DNA of 61,787 bases, the filler included. It is 7 parts of 7 records of this genome, joined end to end, with 100 filler letters (N's around TTAATTAATTAA, not from the genome) between each part and the next. Parts side by side here need not be neighbours in the genome. Positions count along the whole stretch, not along the records: positions 5,437 to 13,223 come from DRR723986_4239; positions 13,324 to 35,304 come from DRR723986_4243; 5 more parts are not named here. One strand, 5' to 3'. A program made the translations under genes and the position numbers. Shown here one piece after another: positions 10,311 to 21,841 of this stretch. Positions within the stretch are counted from its first letter, which is position 1; every line of letters starts with the position of its first letter. The notes under the pieces are model-generated. The model searched no databases. It saw only the letters and a program-made list of their open reading frames with translations, and had not been told where the DNA came from.

Positions 10311-11054
10311 ATGTTGATCAGATCAGCTCTGACATTGGGTTTGGCCTGTCTCGTGGCGAGTATTGGAGTTTCAGCTGCTGCTCACAGCCCCTACTTCTCT
10401 GAGCCTCTGGATTGCTCAGGTGCGGCTGGAACCGAGCTCCGCTTTCTGTTCGGAGATGGGATAATACTGCCGGACCCCATGGCAATCGCAGTGCTAGATC
10501 TAGATGGCCACATCCTTGCTTTTCAGGATGTGGGGCGGGGCAGTTTCCCGGTTCCGAGAGGCGAGTGCGCCATAGCCGACCCCTTTAACGGTGTGGTGTT
10601 GCACTACAGTCCTGGTGAATACGAACAGGCAGGCGCGAGGCTTATCGGTGACGGATACGATATCCGCGACAATCGTTGGGCATTCGAACCCGGTGTGGGT
10701 CATGAGGGGTTCGGGTTCCGGACCACTCCTTTGTCTGAAATACCCCTGGTGACACGTCTCTCGGCAGAGTTTCGGTATGGCTGGCCGCAGGCGCTTGCCA
10801 TCGCGCTGTTCATCTTTTGTGGTATTCTGATCCTGTGGGCTTTGATTGGTGCGGCTCATGGGTTGAAACTGCACTGGCGTGTATTGGTGATTGCTTCGGG
10901 TGGCATCGTCTTGTTTCCCACAGCGTTCATTGGCTTGCTGGTAATCGCCTTTACCCAACCATCTGGCCTTATGCTGAGTTCATCAATTGGGCTGGCTTTG
11001 ATCGGCTTTCTGTTGGTGCGAAAAGCCCTGAGGGCTAGGCAAACCCCAGTGTAG
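10311..11054 (+). CDS. Hypothetical protein with signal peptide and about 3 C-terminal TM helices
   Basis: Signal peptide ending AAA-H, RFLFGDGII motif, hydrophobic C-terminus; visibly more AT-rich than flanking genes. Confidence 0.65.
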   Translation: MLIRSALTLGLACLVASIGVSAAAHSPYFSEPLDCSGAAGTELRFLFGDGIILPDPMAIAVLDLDGHILAFQDVGRGSFPVPRGECAIADPFNGVVLHYSPGEYEQAGARLIGDGYDIRDNRWAFEPGVGHEGFGFRTTPLSEIPLVTRLSAEFRYGWPQALAIALFIFCGILILWALIGAAHGLKLHWRVLVIASGGIVLFPTAFIGLLVIAFTQPSGLMLSSSIGLALIGFLLVRKALRARQTPV

Positions 11055-11115
11055 CAGGCGCTTGTAGCGGACCCGCCGGTCGGGTTGCGGTGCTGATTTG
11101 AAAAGGAAGAAACAG

Positions 11116-12114
11116 TTGCGTCATATCAAGCTTGGCCAATCCGGCCCCTTGGTGTCCTGCCTGGGCTACGGGGCGATGTCGTTTTCCGATTTCTACGGGG
11201 CCACAACGGATGAAAACTCTTTTGCCATTCTTGATGAGGCGATGGAGGCGGGTGTGACGCATCTGGATACCGCCAATGTCTATGGCATGGGGCGGTCGGA
11301 GCGGGTGATCGGCGACTACCTGAAGGCCCGGCCCGAGGCGCGTGAACACTTCACCATCGCCACCAAGGCCGCAATCACGCGGGACGGGGACGGCAACCGC
11401 CTCTTCCGCAACGATCTGGAGCATCTGGAGACGGAGTTGGACGCGAGCCTCAAGCGGCTCGGGGTCGAAGCGGTGGACCTCTTTTATGCGCATCGCCGGG
11501 ATAAATCCCGCCCGATCGAGGAAAGTGCCGAGGCGCTGGCGGCCTTGGTCCGAAAGGGCAAGGCCAAAGCCATCGGGCTGTCGGAAATCTCGCCGACGTC
11601 GCTGGCCCGCGCCCATGCGGTGCATCCAGTGGCGGCGGTGCAGTCGGAATACTCGCTGTCCACCCGCTCGCCTGACCTTGGGCTGATCCAGGGCTGTGCG
11701 CGGATCGGGGCGACATTCGTGGCTTTCTCGCCCGTGGGCCGGTCCTTCCTGACGGATGAACCGCTTGGCTGGGACACGGTACAGGGCCTGCCGTTTCTCG
11801 CCTCGAACCCACGGTTCAGCCCGGAAACCTACCCCGCCAACATCGCCGCAACCGATGCGTTTCGGGCGCTGGCCGCGGATATGGGCACAAGTGCCGCCGC
11901 ATTGGCGATTGCCTGGACGCTTGCGCAGGGCGATCACGTATTGCCCATTCCCGGAACCCGGTCCCTGGACCATTTCCGCCAGCATATCGCCGGGGCCAAC
12001 ATGACGCTCACCGACAGTGATCTTGCGGCCATCGAAACGGTGCTGCCAGCCGGTTGGGCGCATGGCGACCGATATTCGGATGATCAATGGGTCGGGCCAG
12101 AGCGTTATTGCTGA
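11116..12114 (+). CDS. Aldo/keto reductase
   Basis: GYGAM, DTANVYG, IATK, DLFYAH, IGLSE, VQSEYS, PIPGT; TTG start after AAGGA. Confidence 0.92.
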   Translation: MRHIKLGQSGPLVSCLGYGAMSFSDFYGATTDENSFAILDEAMEAGVTHLDTANVYGMGRSERVIGDYLKARPEAREHFTIATKAAITRDGDGNRLFRNDLEHLETELDASLKRLGVEAVDLFYAHRRDKSRPIEESAEALAALVRKGKAKAIGLSEISPTSLARAHAVHPVAAVQSEYSLSTRSPDLGLIQGCARIGATFVAFSPVGRSFLTDEPLGWDTVQGLPFLASNPRFSPETYPANIAATDAFRALAADMGTSAAALAIAWTLAQGDHVLPIPGTRSLDHFRQHIAGANMTLTDSDLAAIETVLPAGWAHGDRYSDDQWVGPERYC

Positions 12115-12265
12115 ACCTGATGGGGCCCATATCCTGTTATCTCAGGCTCAGTTGGTGAGATTGTGCAACAGACGGGGCGCAACCACCACCTTGAGTTGTG
12201 GCCATCGTTGCCCTGCCCGTATCGCCATGTGACATTAGGATAGTTGAAATTCCGGGAGCTAACCG

Positions 12266-12994
12266 ATGAAACGCCAGTTTCTTGCCTGCACGACCGCCCT
12301 TTCCCTGTGCGCCTCGGTGCAGATCGCCAGTGCTGACAGTTGGATCGGTGGCATCGGTGGGGACGTCCGTCTTAGCTTCGGTTCGAACCACGACTCTGAA
12401 ATCGATGTCTCGCTGCTCGAAAGCTCGGTGATGATACCGATCTTCGGCAACCTCTTCGTGCAGGGCGATCTGCGGTCCGAGCAATATAACGGGTCCAGTG
12501 ACGCATCGAGCAACTCCTATGCGCTCCATCTTGGATACAACATCACCGATCAGATCGCCGTGGGCATATTTGGCGGGCGTGAAAACTGGTCCTACGGATC
12601 TTCGGACTACACATATGAATACCACGGTGTTGAGGCAGCCTTTGGCTTTGGCCCGCTGTCGGGCGAAGTCTATGGGCTGCGGTATGATCTGAATGAAGGG
12701 GGCGAGGAATCCGATCGGTATGGTCTGGACCTAGCTTACGCGATTGATCCGATCAGTTCATCCTGGTTCCCGCTGATTGTGATCGGCGGCATACATTCTG
12801 GCTCGGGTTATTATGAAGATCCGTACCGCTATCTCGGTATCGCGCTGCCGTTTGACAGTGGGTTCACCTTTGACGCCCGCGTCGGCAGAGTCGAAGACGA
12901 AAGTCAGTTCTCCATCGGATTGAGCTATGATTTCGGCGGTGGTGCATCGTTCAATCGCCGTGGCTGGACCGACTGGCAGGGCATTTACCCCTGA
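12266..12994 (+). CDS. Secreted porin-like/outer-membrane beta-barrel protein
   Basis: Signal peptide (ASA-D); amphipathic aromatic beta-strands such as LHLGYNI, GLDLAYAI, SIGLSYDF. Confidence 0.55.
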   Translation: MKRQFLACTTALSLCASVQIASADSWIGGIGGDVRLSFGSNHDSEIDVSLLESSVMIPIFGNLFVQGDLRSEQYNGSSDASSNSYALHLGYNITDQIAVGIFGGRENWSYGSSDYTYEYHGVEAAFGFGPLSGEVYGLRYDLNEGGEESDRYGLDLAYAIDPISSSWFPLIVIGGIHSGSGYYEDPYRYLGIALPFDSGFTFDARVGRVEDESQFSIGLSYDFGGGASFNRRGWTDWQGIYP

Positions 12995-13045
12995 TTTTAC
13001 CTTCTTGAAAGGCAACAGGGACAGGGCTTTCGGGCCTCTAGGCAC

Positions 13046-13223
13046 TTGCAACATCGGGGGGTAGTCGGTATACGGCCCCCGTCAAGCAGGCGGTTAACGC
13101 TTCATTCGGGCAGGGTCGGGTTTTCCCCCGGCCCTCATTCGTTTGAGAAATGACCGTAAAGACCAACCCGTTCCGCCGAAGGCGGACATCACACAAGACC
13201 GGCGGAGACAACCGCACGGCCAG
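13046..13223 (+). promoter_or_regulatory. Sigma70 promoter and long 5' leader of the next, missing gene (probably rpsA)
   Basis: TTGCAA-N17-TATACG at 13046-13074; downstream hairpin CCGCC-GAA-GGCGG; rpsA identity inferred only from the usual aroA-cmk-rpsA order. Confidence 0.45.
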
Positions 13224-13323
13224 NNNNNNNNNNNNNNNNNNNNNNNNNNNNNNNNNNNNNNNNNNNNTTAATTAATTAANNNNNNNNNNNNNNNNNNNNN
13301 NNNNNNNNNNNNNNNNNNNNNNN
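13224..13323. other. Artificial contig spacer
   Basis: N44-TTAATTAATTAA-N44. Confidence 0.99.
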
Positions 13324-14470
13324 GCTCTTCCCCTTCCAGCTGCCGGCGTTCCCACTGGCGCAGAGGTTTCAGCGCGCTGAACTGGCGGCGCAGGGTTCGG
13401 GCGGAGCGATTCAGGTGCTCTGGCAGCGGCGATGGCGTGGCGTCTTTGCTGAGCAGTGGCTGCAGGCAGCAGAATTTTTCCCGGTAATCCTGGCGGCGCC
13501 AGTCCCATTCGGGTAGATGAATGCCCGGGCCCAGGTGCAGGTCATCGTTTTCTTCCGAGGGCAGATCCAGGTCGAACTTGATGGCGGAAGAGGCTTCGCG
13601 ACGGTCCTGGGATACCGAAATCATGTCCATGTCGTCGGCCACGGCGTCGGCGTCTTCTTCTTCGCTGTCATCGCCGGCGCGGTCGATGGGAATGAATTCA
13701 GACCAGGAAAACAGGCTTTCCAGTCGAAACAGCATCAGGCCCTGATCCTTGTCGAAGGCGTCCACGCGTTCGGCACGTCTGCGTTTCCGTTTTTTAGCCA
13801 GGCCACCGGATTTGGACATGGTGTTGTCGTCGCCAATGATCTGGCCTTTGAGTTTGCCCCGGCCCAGCACCGGGTAGAGCCAGAGTACTACCGGCCAGGG
13901 GTCGGTCAGGGCTTCTGGCAGGTCGTCTACGCTGCCCGGGTGAATCAGGGCCTGACGAATGGCCGTCTCGCGCTTGGCTTCGTTGCCACGCAGGCTGTCT
14001 GGTTCTGGGCGCCACTGCAGCGTGTGTTTTACCAATCGCTGGTACATGGGCTCCAGGCCCGGCCAGCGGCTCAGCAATTCCTGCACCATGGCCTGATTGC
14101 CTTGCAGCCAGCTGTGGTGGTGAATTTCTCCGAGCGACGCGAGGGCTGCCAGCCACAGGTACAGCTCCCGATTCACCTTGTAGGACGGGAACAGGGCCAG
14201 TCTGTCTGGCAGGCGCAGGCTTTCTTCATCGCGCCAGGCCAGTTCAAATTTGCGGTGGGTGCCGGCCAGCTTCTGCAGGAATCGTCGGCGAATCTGGAAA
14301 TGCCGGGGTTCAGCAGTAACCAGACTCAGCGCGGGGTCTCCACCCATGGCCCGGAAAATAACGCCGAGTGTGCGGGCTTCGTCTTTCAGATGCACGGCGT
14401 ACTCGGGGAATTCGCCCATGGCCTGGCGGGTTACGTAGTCGTGCCATTTTAGTCCGACCCACTCTTCCAT
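13324..14470 (-). CDS. norD: Nitric oxide reductase activation protein NorD, 3' truncated before the VWA domain
   Basis: MEEWVGxxWH start, LRLP, LYLWLAA, FDLDLP, LPEWDWR; downstream of norCB. Confidence 0.92.
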
Positions 14471-14486
14471 CTCGTGTCCTCGTCGT

Positions 14487-15437
14487 TCAGGCCCGTGAAT
14501 GTCGCGGGGTGGATTCCACCTGGCGCACGGGAATCAGCACCGTCTGTTTGCCAGGTTCGCCGGGCTCCCAGGTCAGCAGGGAGCCCTCGGGATTGTCTTT
14601 CTGCACGTCCCGGCAGGCGCTCACGCACTGCAGGCACTGGGTGCAGCTGAATTTCGCGCGTTTGTGGCTGCGGGTAGGCAGTCGCATGGGGCAGGCCTCG
14701 TCGCAGGCCTTGGTGCAATCCCGGCAGGCGGCAGCGCGCTTGGTGTCGAAAGTAACTACCCGGCCCTTGCCGTTGGTCATCCAGGCAATGCTTTGTACCA
14801 GCCCCACTGCGCAGCCGTATTTGCAGAAGAGGTGCCGGGCAAACAGGAAATCGAAGGTAAAAACGGCGGTTGCCACGGCCAGGAAAATGCCCGGGTACAG
14901 GCCAAGCTGGCCGGTAACCAGATCGGTATACAGGGGCATGGGTGGCAGCAGGTATGAAAGTAATGCCAGGGCCCAGGAAAAACCAATGAGCGCGCATACC
15001 AGGGTCAGGCCGGCCCAGTGAATGGCCTTGCCCGTGCTGCCTTTTTTCACGGCTTCCCAGAGGGTTGGGCGGCTGGTTATGCGGGTCATCAGGTCGTTGA
15101 TGGCTTCCACCACGGAGAAATGCGGGCACAGCCAGCCGCAATACAGGCGGCCCCACTTGAAGGCAATCCAGAGCACCAGTGGCACCAGCACGAGAATGGG
15201 CAATACAAACCAGAACAGGATCTGGCCAGCCACCTCGGCCGGGGTGCTCTGGGCGACCCAGTCCAGATTCAGGTTAAACGACAGGGGAAAGCCCAGCAGT
15301 ATGAAGCGGGTTTCGGTCAGGTCGTAACGGAAAATATTGAGTACAGGCGCAAGCAAAAACAGCAGGAAGAAGGCGCTGCGGGTAATCAGGCGCTTCTGCT
15401 GGAGGGTGTCTTTCGGGTTGACGGTTTGCGCATGCAC
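14487..15437 (-). CDS. Membrane 4Fe-4S polyferredoxin (CcoG/FixG/RdxA-like, short form)
   Basis: GRLYCGWLCP, FCKYGC, CRDCTKACDEACP, CTQCLQCVSAC, about 4 TM helices. Confidence 0.85.
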   Translation of the reverse strand: MHAQTVNPKDTLQQKRLITRSAFFLLFLLAPVLNIFRYDLTETRFILLGFPLSFNLNLDWVAQSTPAEVAGQILFWFVLPILVLVPLVLWIAFKWGRLYCGWLCPHFSVVEAINDLMTRITSRPTLWEAVKKGSTGKAIHWAGLTLVCALIGFSWALALLSYLLPPMPLYTDLVTGQLGLYPGIFLAVATAVFTFDFLFARHLFCKYGCAVGLVQSIAWMTNGKGRVVTFDTKRAAACRDCTKACDEACPMRLPTRSHKRAKFSCTQCLQCVSACRDVQKDNPEGSLLTWEPGEPGKQTVLIPVRQVESTPRHSRA

Positions 15438-15464
15438 AGAGGTTATCCAGGGTTTCGGGAATGT

Positions 15465-15486
15465 GCCGGGGCCCGAAGGCCCCGGC
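15465..15486 (-). other. Intercistronic UUCG-tetraloop hairpin after norB
   Basis: Minus strand GCCGGGGCC-TTCG-GGCCCCGGC, perfect 9-bp stem, no U-tract. Confidence 0.65.
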
Positions 15487-15498
15487 GATCAGGCTTTA

Positions 15499-17374
<1,876 letters not shown>

Positions 17375-17445
17375 AGGTCTCTCTCCTTGGTTGTTACGAA
17401 TACCTGACTGCCCCACTAGGATATAAAGATGCATCCCTAATGCTA

Positions 17446-17459
17446 TTGATGATTATCAA
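17446..17459 (-). promoter_or_regulatory. FNR/DNR box upstream of norC
   Basis: Perfect TTGAT-GATT-ATCAA. Confidence 0.9.
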
Positions 17460-17494
17460 AGATGATCCCGGGTTTCTCTATTGCGCTGGGGAGT

Positions 17495-17510
17495 TACCTC
17501 TTGATGGGTA
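17495..17510. promoter_or_regulatory. NarL/NarP 7-2-7 site
   Basis: TACCTCT-TG-ATGGGTA; both heptamers match TACYYMT. Confidence 0.7.
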
Positions 17511-17564
17511 GGTGGTAGACTGCCTCGCTGGTTGTATTTTCAAGGTTTTACGCCCGGAGAGATC

Positions 17565-18482
17565 ATGTCTGCCGCCCTGGCCCTGCTGCTTAAACTTCTT
17601 CCGCTTTATGTCACCGTCGCACTGGGTTGGATTGCGGGTCGGTTCCTGGAAGCCAGTGGCCGACATATAGCCGGCATCATGCTCTACATCGTCACACCGT
17701 CAGTGGTGTTTTCCGGCGTAATGGCGGCGCCGCTCAGTGCCGAGGTGATCCTGTTGCCGGCCCTGGTGTTTGGTTTCTGTACCGTGATTGCCCTGGGACA
17801 CATGGCTATTGCCCGAAAACTGCTTTCAGACGGCAGTGCGGCCGTGATCCCGTTATCGGTGGGTACCGGTAACACCGGCTATTTCGGTATTCCGGTGGCA
17901 CTGTTGTTGTTTGGAGAGGAAGGCCTGGCGCTCTATATTGTCTGTATGCTGGGCACGACCCTGTTCGAGAATTCTGTCGGGTTTTATCTGGCCGCCCGGG
18001 GTAAATACAGCATTCAGGATGCGCTGCTCAGGGTGGCGCGCCTACCTTCTGTCTATGCCTTCCTGGCTGCGGTTGTGCTCAACCTTTCCGGAGCCTCCAT
18101 TCCTGACGTCTTTGTGCCCCTGTTCGATAATCTGCGCGGCGCCTACAGCATTCTCGGTATGATGATTATCGGCATGGGCATTACAAGCTTCCGGGGGTTA
18201 GCCGGCAACCCGCGGTTCACGGCGCTTGCCTTTTTCGGCAAGTTTGTGATCTGGCCGTTGGTGGCTATTGTGTTCTGGTGGGTGGATTCAGCGCTTCTGG
18301 GAATCTACGAGCCGGCGGTGCATCAGGCCATTTTCCTGATTTCCATCACACCGATTGCCGCCAATACCGTGGTGATTGCCACGCTGCTCGATGCATCACC
18401 CAGGCAAGCAGCAGGCACGACACTGCTCAGCACGCTGTTTGCACTGGGTTTCATTCCGGTGATGATTGCCTGGGCGTTCTGA
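17565..18482 (+). CDS. AEC (auxin efflux carrier)-family permease
   Basis: About 10 TM helices, GNTGYFGIP, TPIAAN. Confidence 0.88.
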   Translation: MSAALALLLKLLPLYVTVALGWIAGRFLEASGRHIAGIMLYIVTPSVVFSGVMAAPLSAEVILLPALVFGFCTVIALGHMAIARKLLSDGSAAVIPLSVGTGNTGYFGIPVALLLFGEEGLALYIVCMLGTTLFENSVGFYLAARGKYSIQDALLRVARLPSVYAFLAAVVLNLSGASIPDVFVPLFDNLRGAYSILGMMIIGMGITSFRGLAGNPRFTALAFFGKFVIWPLVAIVFWWVDSALLGIYEPAVHQAIFLISITPIAANTVVIATLLDASPRQAAGTTLLSTLFALGFIPVMIAWAF

Positions 18483-18483
18483 G

Positions 18484-19137
18484 TTATGAGCTGCGACAGG
18501 ACGCTGTGGCCGTTTGTGCACTGCTGGCTTTGGCTTCTTCAATGTCACTGCGGGCATGGCGAACCACGCTAACTCCGGCGGTGACGGCCAGCGTACCCAT
18601 GATGGCTGCGACGATCAGATCTGGCCAGGCACTGCCGGTGCCGAACACGCCCAGTGCGGCGGCCATAACGGCCATATTGCCGATAGCGTCGTTGCGGCTG
18701 CAAAGCCAGACCGAGCGCATGTCTGAGTCACCGTCCCGGAACCGGAACAGCATCACGGCAACAAAGACATTGGAGGCAAGCGCCAGCAGCCCCACCATGC
18801 CCATGGTCAGTGGCTCGGGCGTGATGCCGCTTTGCAGTACCCAGACGGCCCGGCCCCAGACCACCAGTCCGAACACGGCCATGGTCAGACCTTTTACCAT
18901 AGCCGCCCGCCCGCGCCAGAGCATCCCCATTCCCAGAACGCTCAAAGAAAGCAGATAGTTGGCGCTGTCGCCAAAGAAATCGATGGCATCGGCCATCAGG
19001 GAAACGGACCCGGATTGCAGGCTGGCGAAGCCTTCCACCAGAAACATCACCAGATTCACCCACAGCGCCAGCCAAAGCGCTTTTCGGAACCCCGGAGCGG
19101 GAGTTTTGGGTTCAGGTGCAGAACAGGAACACGCCAT
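18484..19137 (-). CDS. Short CDF-family cation efflux transporter lacking the C-terminal cytosolic domain
   Basis: N-terminal CSC, SLMADAIDFFGD, VWLCSRNDAIGN, WPDL. Confidence 0.85.
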   Translation of the reverse strand: MACSCSAPEPKTPAPGFRKALWLALWVNLVMFLVEGFASLQSGSVSLMADAIDFFGDSANYLLSLSVLGMGMLWRGRAAMVKGLTMAVFGLVVWGRAVWVLQSGITPEPLTMGMVGLLALASNVFVAVMLFRFRDGDSDMRSVWLCSRNDAIGNMAVMAAALGVFGTGSAWPDLIVAAIMGTLAVTAGVSVVRHARSDIEEAKASSAQTATASCRSS

Positions 19138-19164
19138 AGAGACCTCCAATGTTTAAGTGTCTCC

Positions 19165-19195
19165 ATTAAAAACCCTGTAGTTGCTACAGGGTCAA
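19165..19195 (-). promoter_or_regulatory. CadR-type promoter/operator
   Basis: Minus strand TTGACC-CTGTAGCAACTACAGGGTT(19 bp)-TTTAAT; dyad ACCCTGTAG-TTG-CTACAGGGT at 19172-19192. Confidence 0.9.
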
Positions 19196-19201
19196 CACCT
19201 G

Positions 19202-19666
19202 CTAATCATGATGGCCTGATCCATGAGTGCCTGGTACATGGTTATCCGATGCGGTGGGTTCCGGGACGGTGGCCAATTCGTCGCTGAGCCCGCCCAGAAT
19301 CCCACACTCCCGGATGGTGCGCGGGTCTGAGCAGGCGTTCTGGAGGTTGACCAGCATCTGTTCCAGGCTTTTCAGTTCGTTGAGCCTGGCCCGCACATGT
19401 GACAGGTGTCGAGCCAGCAGGGCATTGACGTCTGAGCAATCGGCGGTGGGTTTTTCAGCCAGCCGGATGAGTTCACGAATCTCGTCCTGAGCCATGTCCA
19501 GATTGCGGCAGCGCCGGATGAACAGGAGGCGATCGAGGTGTTCCTGACGATAATAGCGATATCCGTTTTCGCCGCGCTCTGGCTTGGTCATCAGCCCGAT
19601 TTTTTCAAAATAACGGATAGTTTCTACCGGAACACCGGCGTGCCGGGACAACTCTCCAATTTTCAT
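19202..19666 (-). CDS. cadR: Cd(II)/Pb(II)-responsive MerR-family regulator
   Basis: MKIGELS..VETIRYFE, FIRRCRNLDM, three Cys ligands (ADCSDV, NAC, ECGIL), His-containing tail. Confidence 0.88.
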   Translation of the reverse strand: MKIGELSRHAGVPVETIRYFEKIGLMTKPERGENGYRYYRQEHLDRLLFIRRCRNLDMAQDEIRELIRLAEKPTADCSDVNALLARHLSHVRARLNELKSLEQMLVNLQNACSDPRTIRECGILGGLSDELATVPEPTASDNHVPGTHGSGHHD

Positions 19667-19770
19667 GATGTATTCCCTTGAATGCCTGACATCGATCAAA
19701 TCTCAGCCCGAAGACGATACAGTCACTATGGTACAGTGGCGCGGTGGTTTCATGGAATGAGGAGACGACT

Positions 19771-21390
19771 GTGCTGGAGCGGCTGCAACACCGGCTGGGC
19801 TTGCAGACAATACCCGGAGTGTTCTTTAGCTCAGCTGCGATAGCCGCGCTGTTTGTGGCTTTGGCGATTCCTTTTGACCAGGCAGTGGCGAGCAGTTTCG
19901 GGCAGTTGACCGGATGGGTGGCCCGTAACCTGGGCTGGTTCTATATCCTGGCGGTGTCTTCGCTTCTGATTTTTCTTCTTGGTCTGGCGCTCAGTCGCTA
20001 CGGCAGCATTCGCCTTGGGGCGGATGACAGTCGGCCGGACTACTCGAATCTCACCTGGTTCACCATGCTGTTTGCTGCCGGCATTGGCACTATCCTCATG
20101 TTCTGGGGGGTGGCTGAGCCGGTGTCCCACTTTGCCAATCCGCCATTCGATGGTGTGCAGGGCGGCACCGAGCAGGCCGCTACCGACGCCATGACCATTG
20201 CCCTCTATCATTTCGGCCTTCACACCTGGACCATCTTTGCCATGCCGGGGCTGGCCATTGGTTATTTCTCCTATCGCCACAGCCTTCCCATGCGTATCAG
20301 CAGCCTGTTCTACCCGATTCTTGGTGAGCGCACCTTTGGTCCATGGGGCTGGGCGGTGGACGTTATCGCGGTGTTGGGCACGCTGTTCGGGGTGGCGACG
20401 TCGCTCGGGCTGGGCACGTTGCAGCTGAACAGTGGACTGAATTACCTGTTCGGTGTTCCTTCCGCGGGCTGGGTTCAGGTTCTGCTGATCACGGTTATTG
20501 CCAGCATTGCAGCGACCTCGGTAGCGCTAGGCCTGGACAAAGGGGTGCGGCGGCTGTCCCAGGTGAATATTCTGCTGGCGATTGTCTTGCTGCTGTTTGT
20601 ATTTGCGCTGGGCCCTACCGTGTTTATTGCCGAAGGTATGGTTCAGAGCGTGGGTGATTACTTTGATGCCTTGCCCTGGCTGGCGTTCTGGACAGAAACC
20701 TTTCGCGAGTCGGACTGGCAACGCAACTGGACGTTGTTCTACTGGGCCTGGACGATTTCCTGGGCGCCCTATGTGGGTATTTTCATTGCCCGGATTTCCC
20801 GTGGGCGAACCATTCGTGAGTTCGTAGCCGGCGTACTGTTTGCGCCAACCGCGTTTACGCTGGTGTGGTTCGGCATCTTTGGTCTCTCTGCCATCAACGT
20901 TGAGATGAATGGCCTGGTGGCACTGGCGGATCAGGTGCAGAGGGATCCGTCGGTGGCCATCTTTGCATTTCTTGATGTTTTTCCACTGGCGGAGGCGGCT
21001 TCTGCTTTGAGTGTGGTCATTATTGTCATTTTCTTTACCACGTCATCGGACTCCGCCTCCCTGGTGATTGATATGCTGACACGCAGGGACGACCAGCCTT
21101 CGCTGATTCGCCAACGGATTTTCTGGGCGGCGGCCCAGGGGGTAATTGCGGCCACTCTGTTGCTTGCCGGCGGGCTGGATGCTCTGCAGAACGTGATCAC
21201 TTCACTTGGTTTACCGTTCTGTATTCTGCTGGTGTTTATGGCGGTGTCCCTCTATCACGCTCTGCACGCCGATTATCGCGGCTACAGTGTGGATGAGCTG
21301 GTGCGAGGCCGCGCTTTCCCGGAAGTGGAAGCCGATTCTGAACCCAAACAGGAGAAAGGTTATGTACCGGAAGCTGCTGATCGCGATTGA
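19771..21390 (+). CDS. BCCT-family betaine/choline/carnitine transporter
   Basis: WFTMLFAAGIG, FWGVAEP, WTLFYWAWTISWAP, FIARISRGRTIREF, TSSDS. Confidence 0.93.
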   Translation: MLERLQHRLGLQTIPGVFFSSAAIAALFVALAIPFDQAVASSFGQLTGWVARNLGWFYILAVSSLLIFLLGLALSRYGSIRLGADDSRPDYSNLTWFTMLFAAGIGTILMFWGVAEPVSHFANPPFDGVQGGTEQAATDAMTIALYHFGLHTWTIFAMPGLAIGYFSYRHSLPMRISSLFYPILGERTFGPWGWAVDVIAVLGTLFGVATSLGLGTLQLNSGLNYLFGVPSAGWVQVLLITVIASIAATSVALGLDKGVRRLSQVNILLAIVLLLFVFALGPTVFIAEGMVQSVGDYFDALPWLAFWTETFRESDWQRNWTLFYWAWTISWAPYVGIFIARISRGRTIREFVAGVLFAPTAFTLVWFGIFGLSAINVEMNGLVALADQVQRDPSVAIFAFLDVFPLAEAASALSVVIIVIFFTTSSDSASLVIDMLTRRDDQPSLIRQRIFWAAAQGVIAATLLLAGGLDALQNVITSLGLPFCILLVFMAVSLYHALHADYRGYSVDELVRGRAFPEVEADSEPKQEKGYVPEAADRD

Positions 21391-21823
21391 TCCGAAAGAC
21401 GACGGGGAGGGCAAGCGTGCACTGGAAGCGGCCCTGAATCTTCTGGAGGAGGGTGGCGAGTTGCACCTGGCCAGTGTCTTCAACCCGGGTGGCAGCGGTT
21501 TCTTTCCTCACGTCACCGAAGAAGCACCGGAAGACAAAGAAGAACAGGTGCGGCACCACCTGGATCTGCTGGCCCGGAAATACCTGCCCCTGAACCGGGA
21601 GGCGATCCTGCACGTGGTGGCCGGTTCGGCCGGTGAGAAACTGGTGGCACTGGCCGGTCAGCTGTGTGCAGATCTGATGATTCTGGTCTCCCGTGGCGGT
21701 GGCAGCCACTGGCCGTTGCGCAAGGCAACGGTGGAGTATGTGTCGGTCAATGCCCCTTGTGCGGTGCTGGTGCTTCCCAGTATGGAGAAAAACGAGAGCG
21801 ACGGACCTGTAGAGAGCGAGTAA
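21362..21823 (+). CDS. Universal stress protein (USP)
   Basis: MYRKLLIAID...ADLMILVSRG...APCAVLVL; overlaps the BCCT 3' end. Confidence 0.85.
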   Translation: MYRKLLIAIDPKDDGEGKRALEAALNLLEEGGELHLASVFNPGGSGFFPHVTEEAPEDKEEQVRHHLDLLARKYLPLNREAILHVVAGSAGEKLVALAGQLCADLMILVSRGGGSHWPLRKATVEYVSVNAPCAVLVLPSMEKNESDGPVESE

Positions 21824-21841
21824 GGTCCTTGTTCATTGGGA

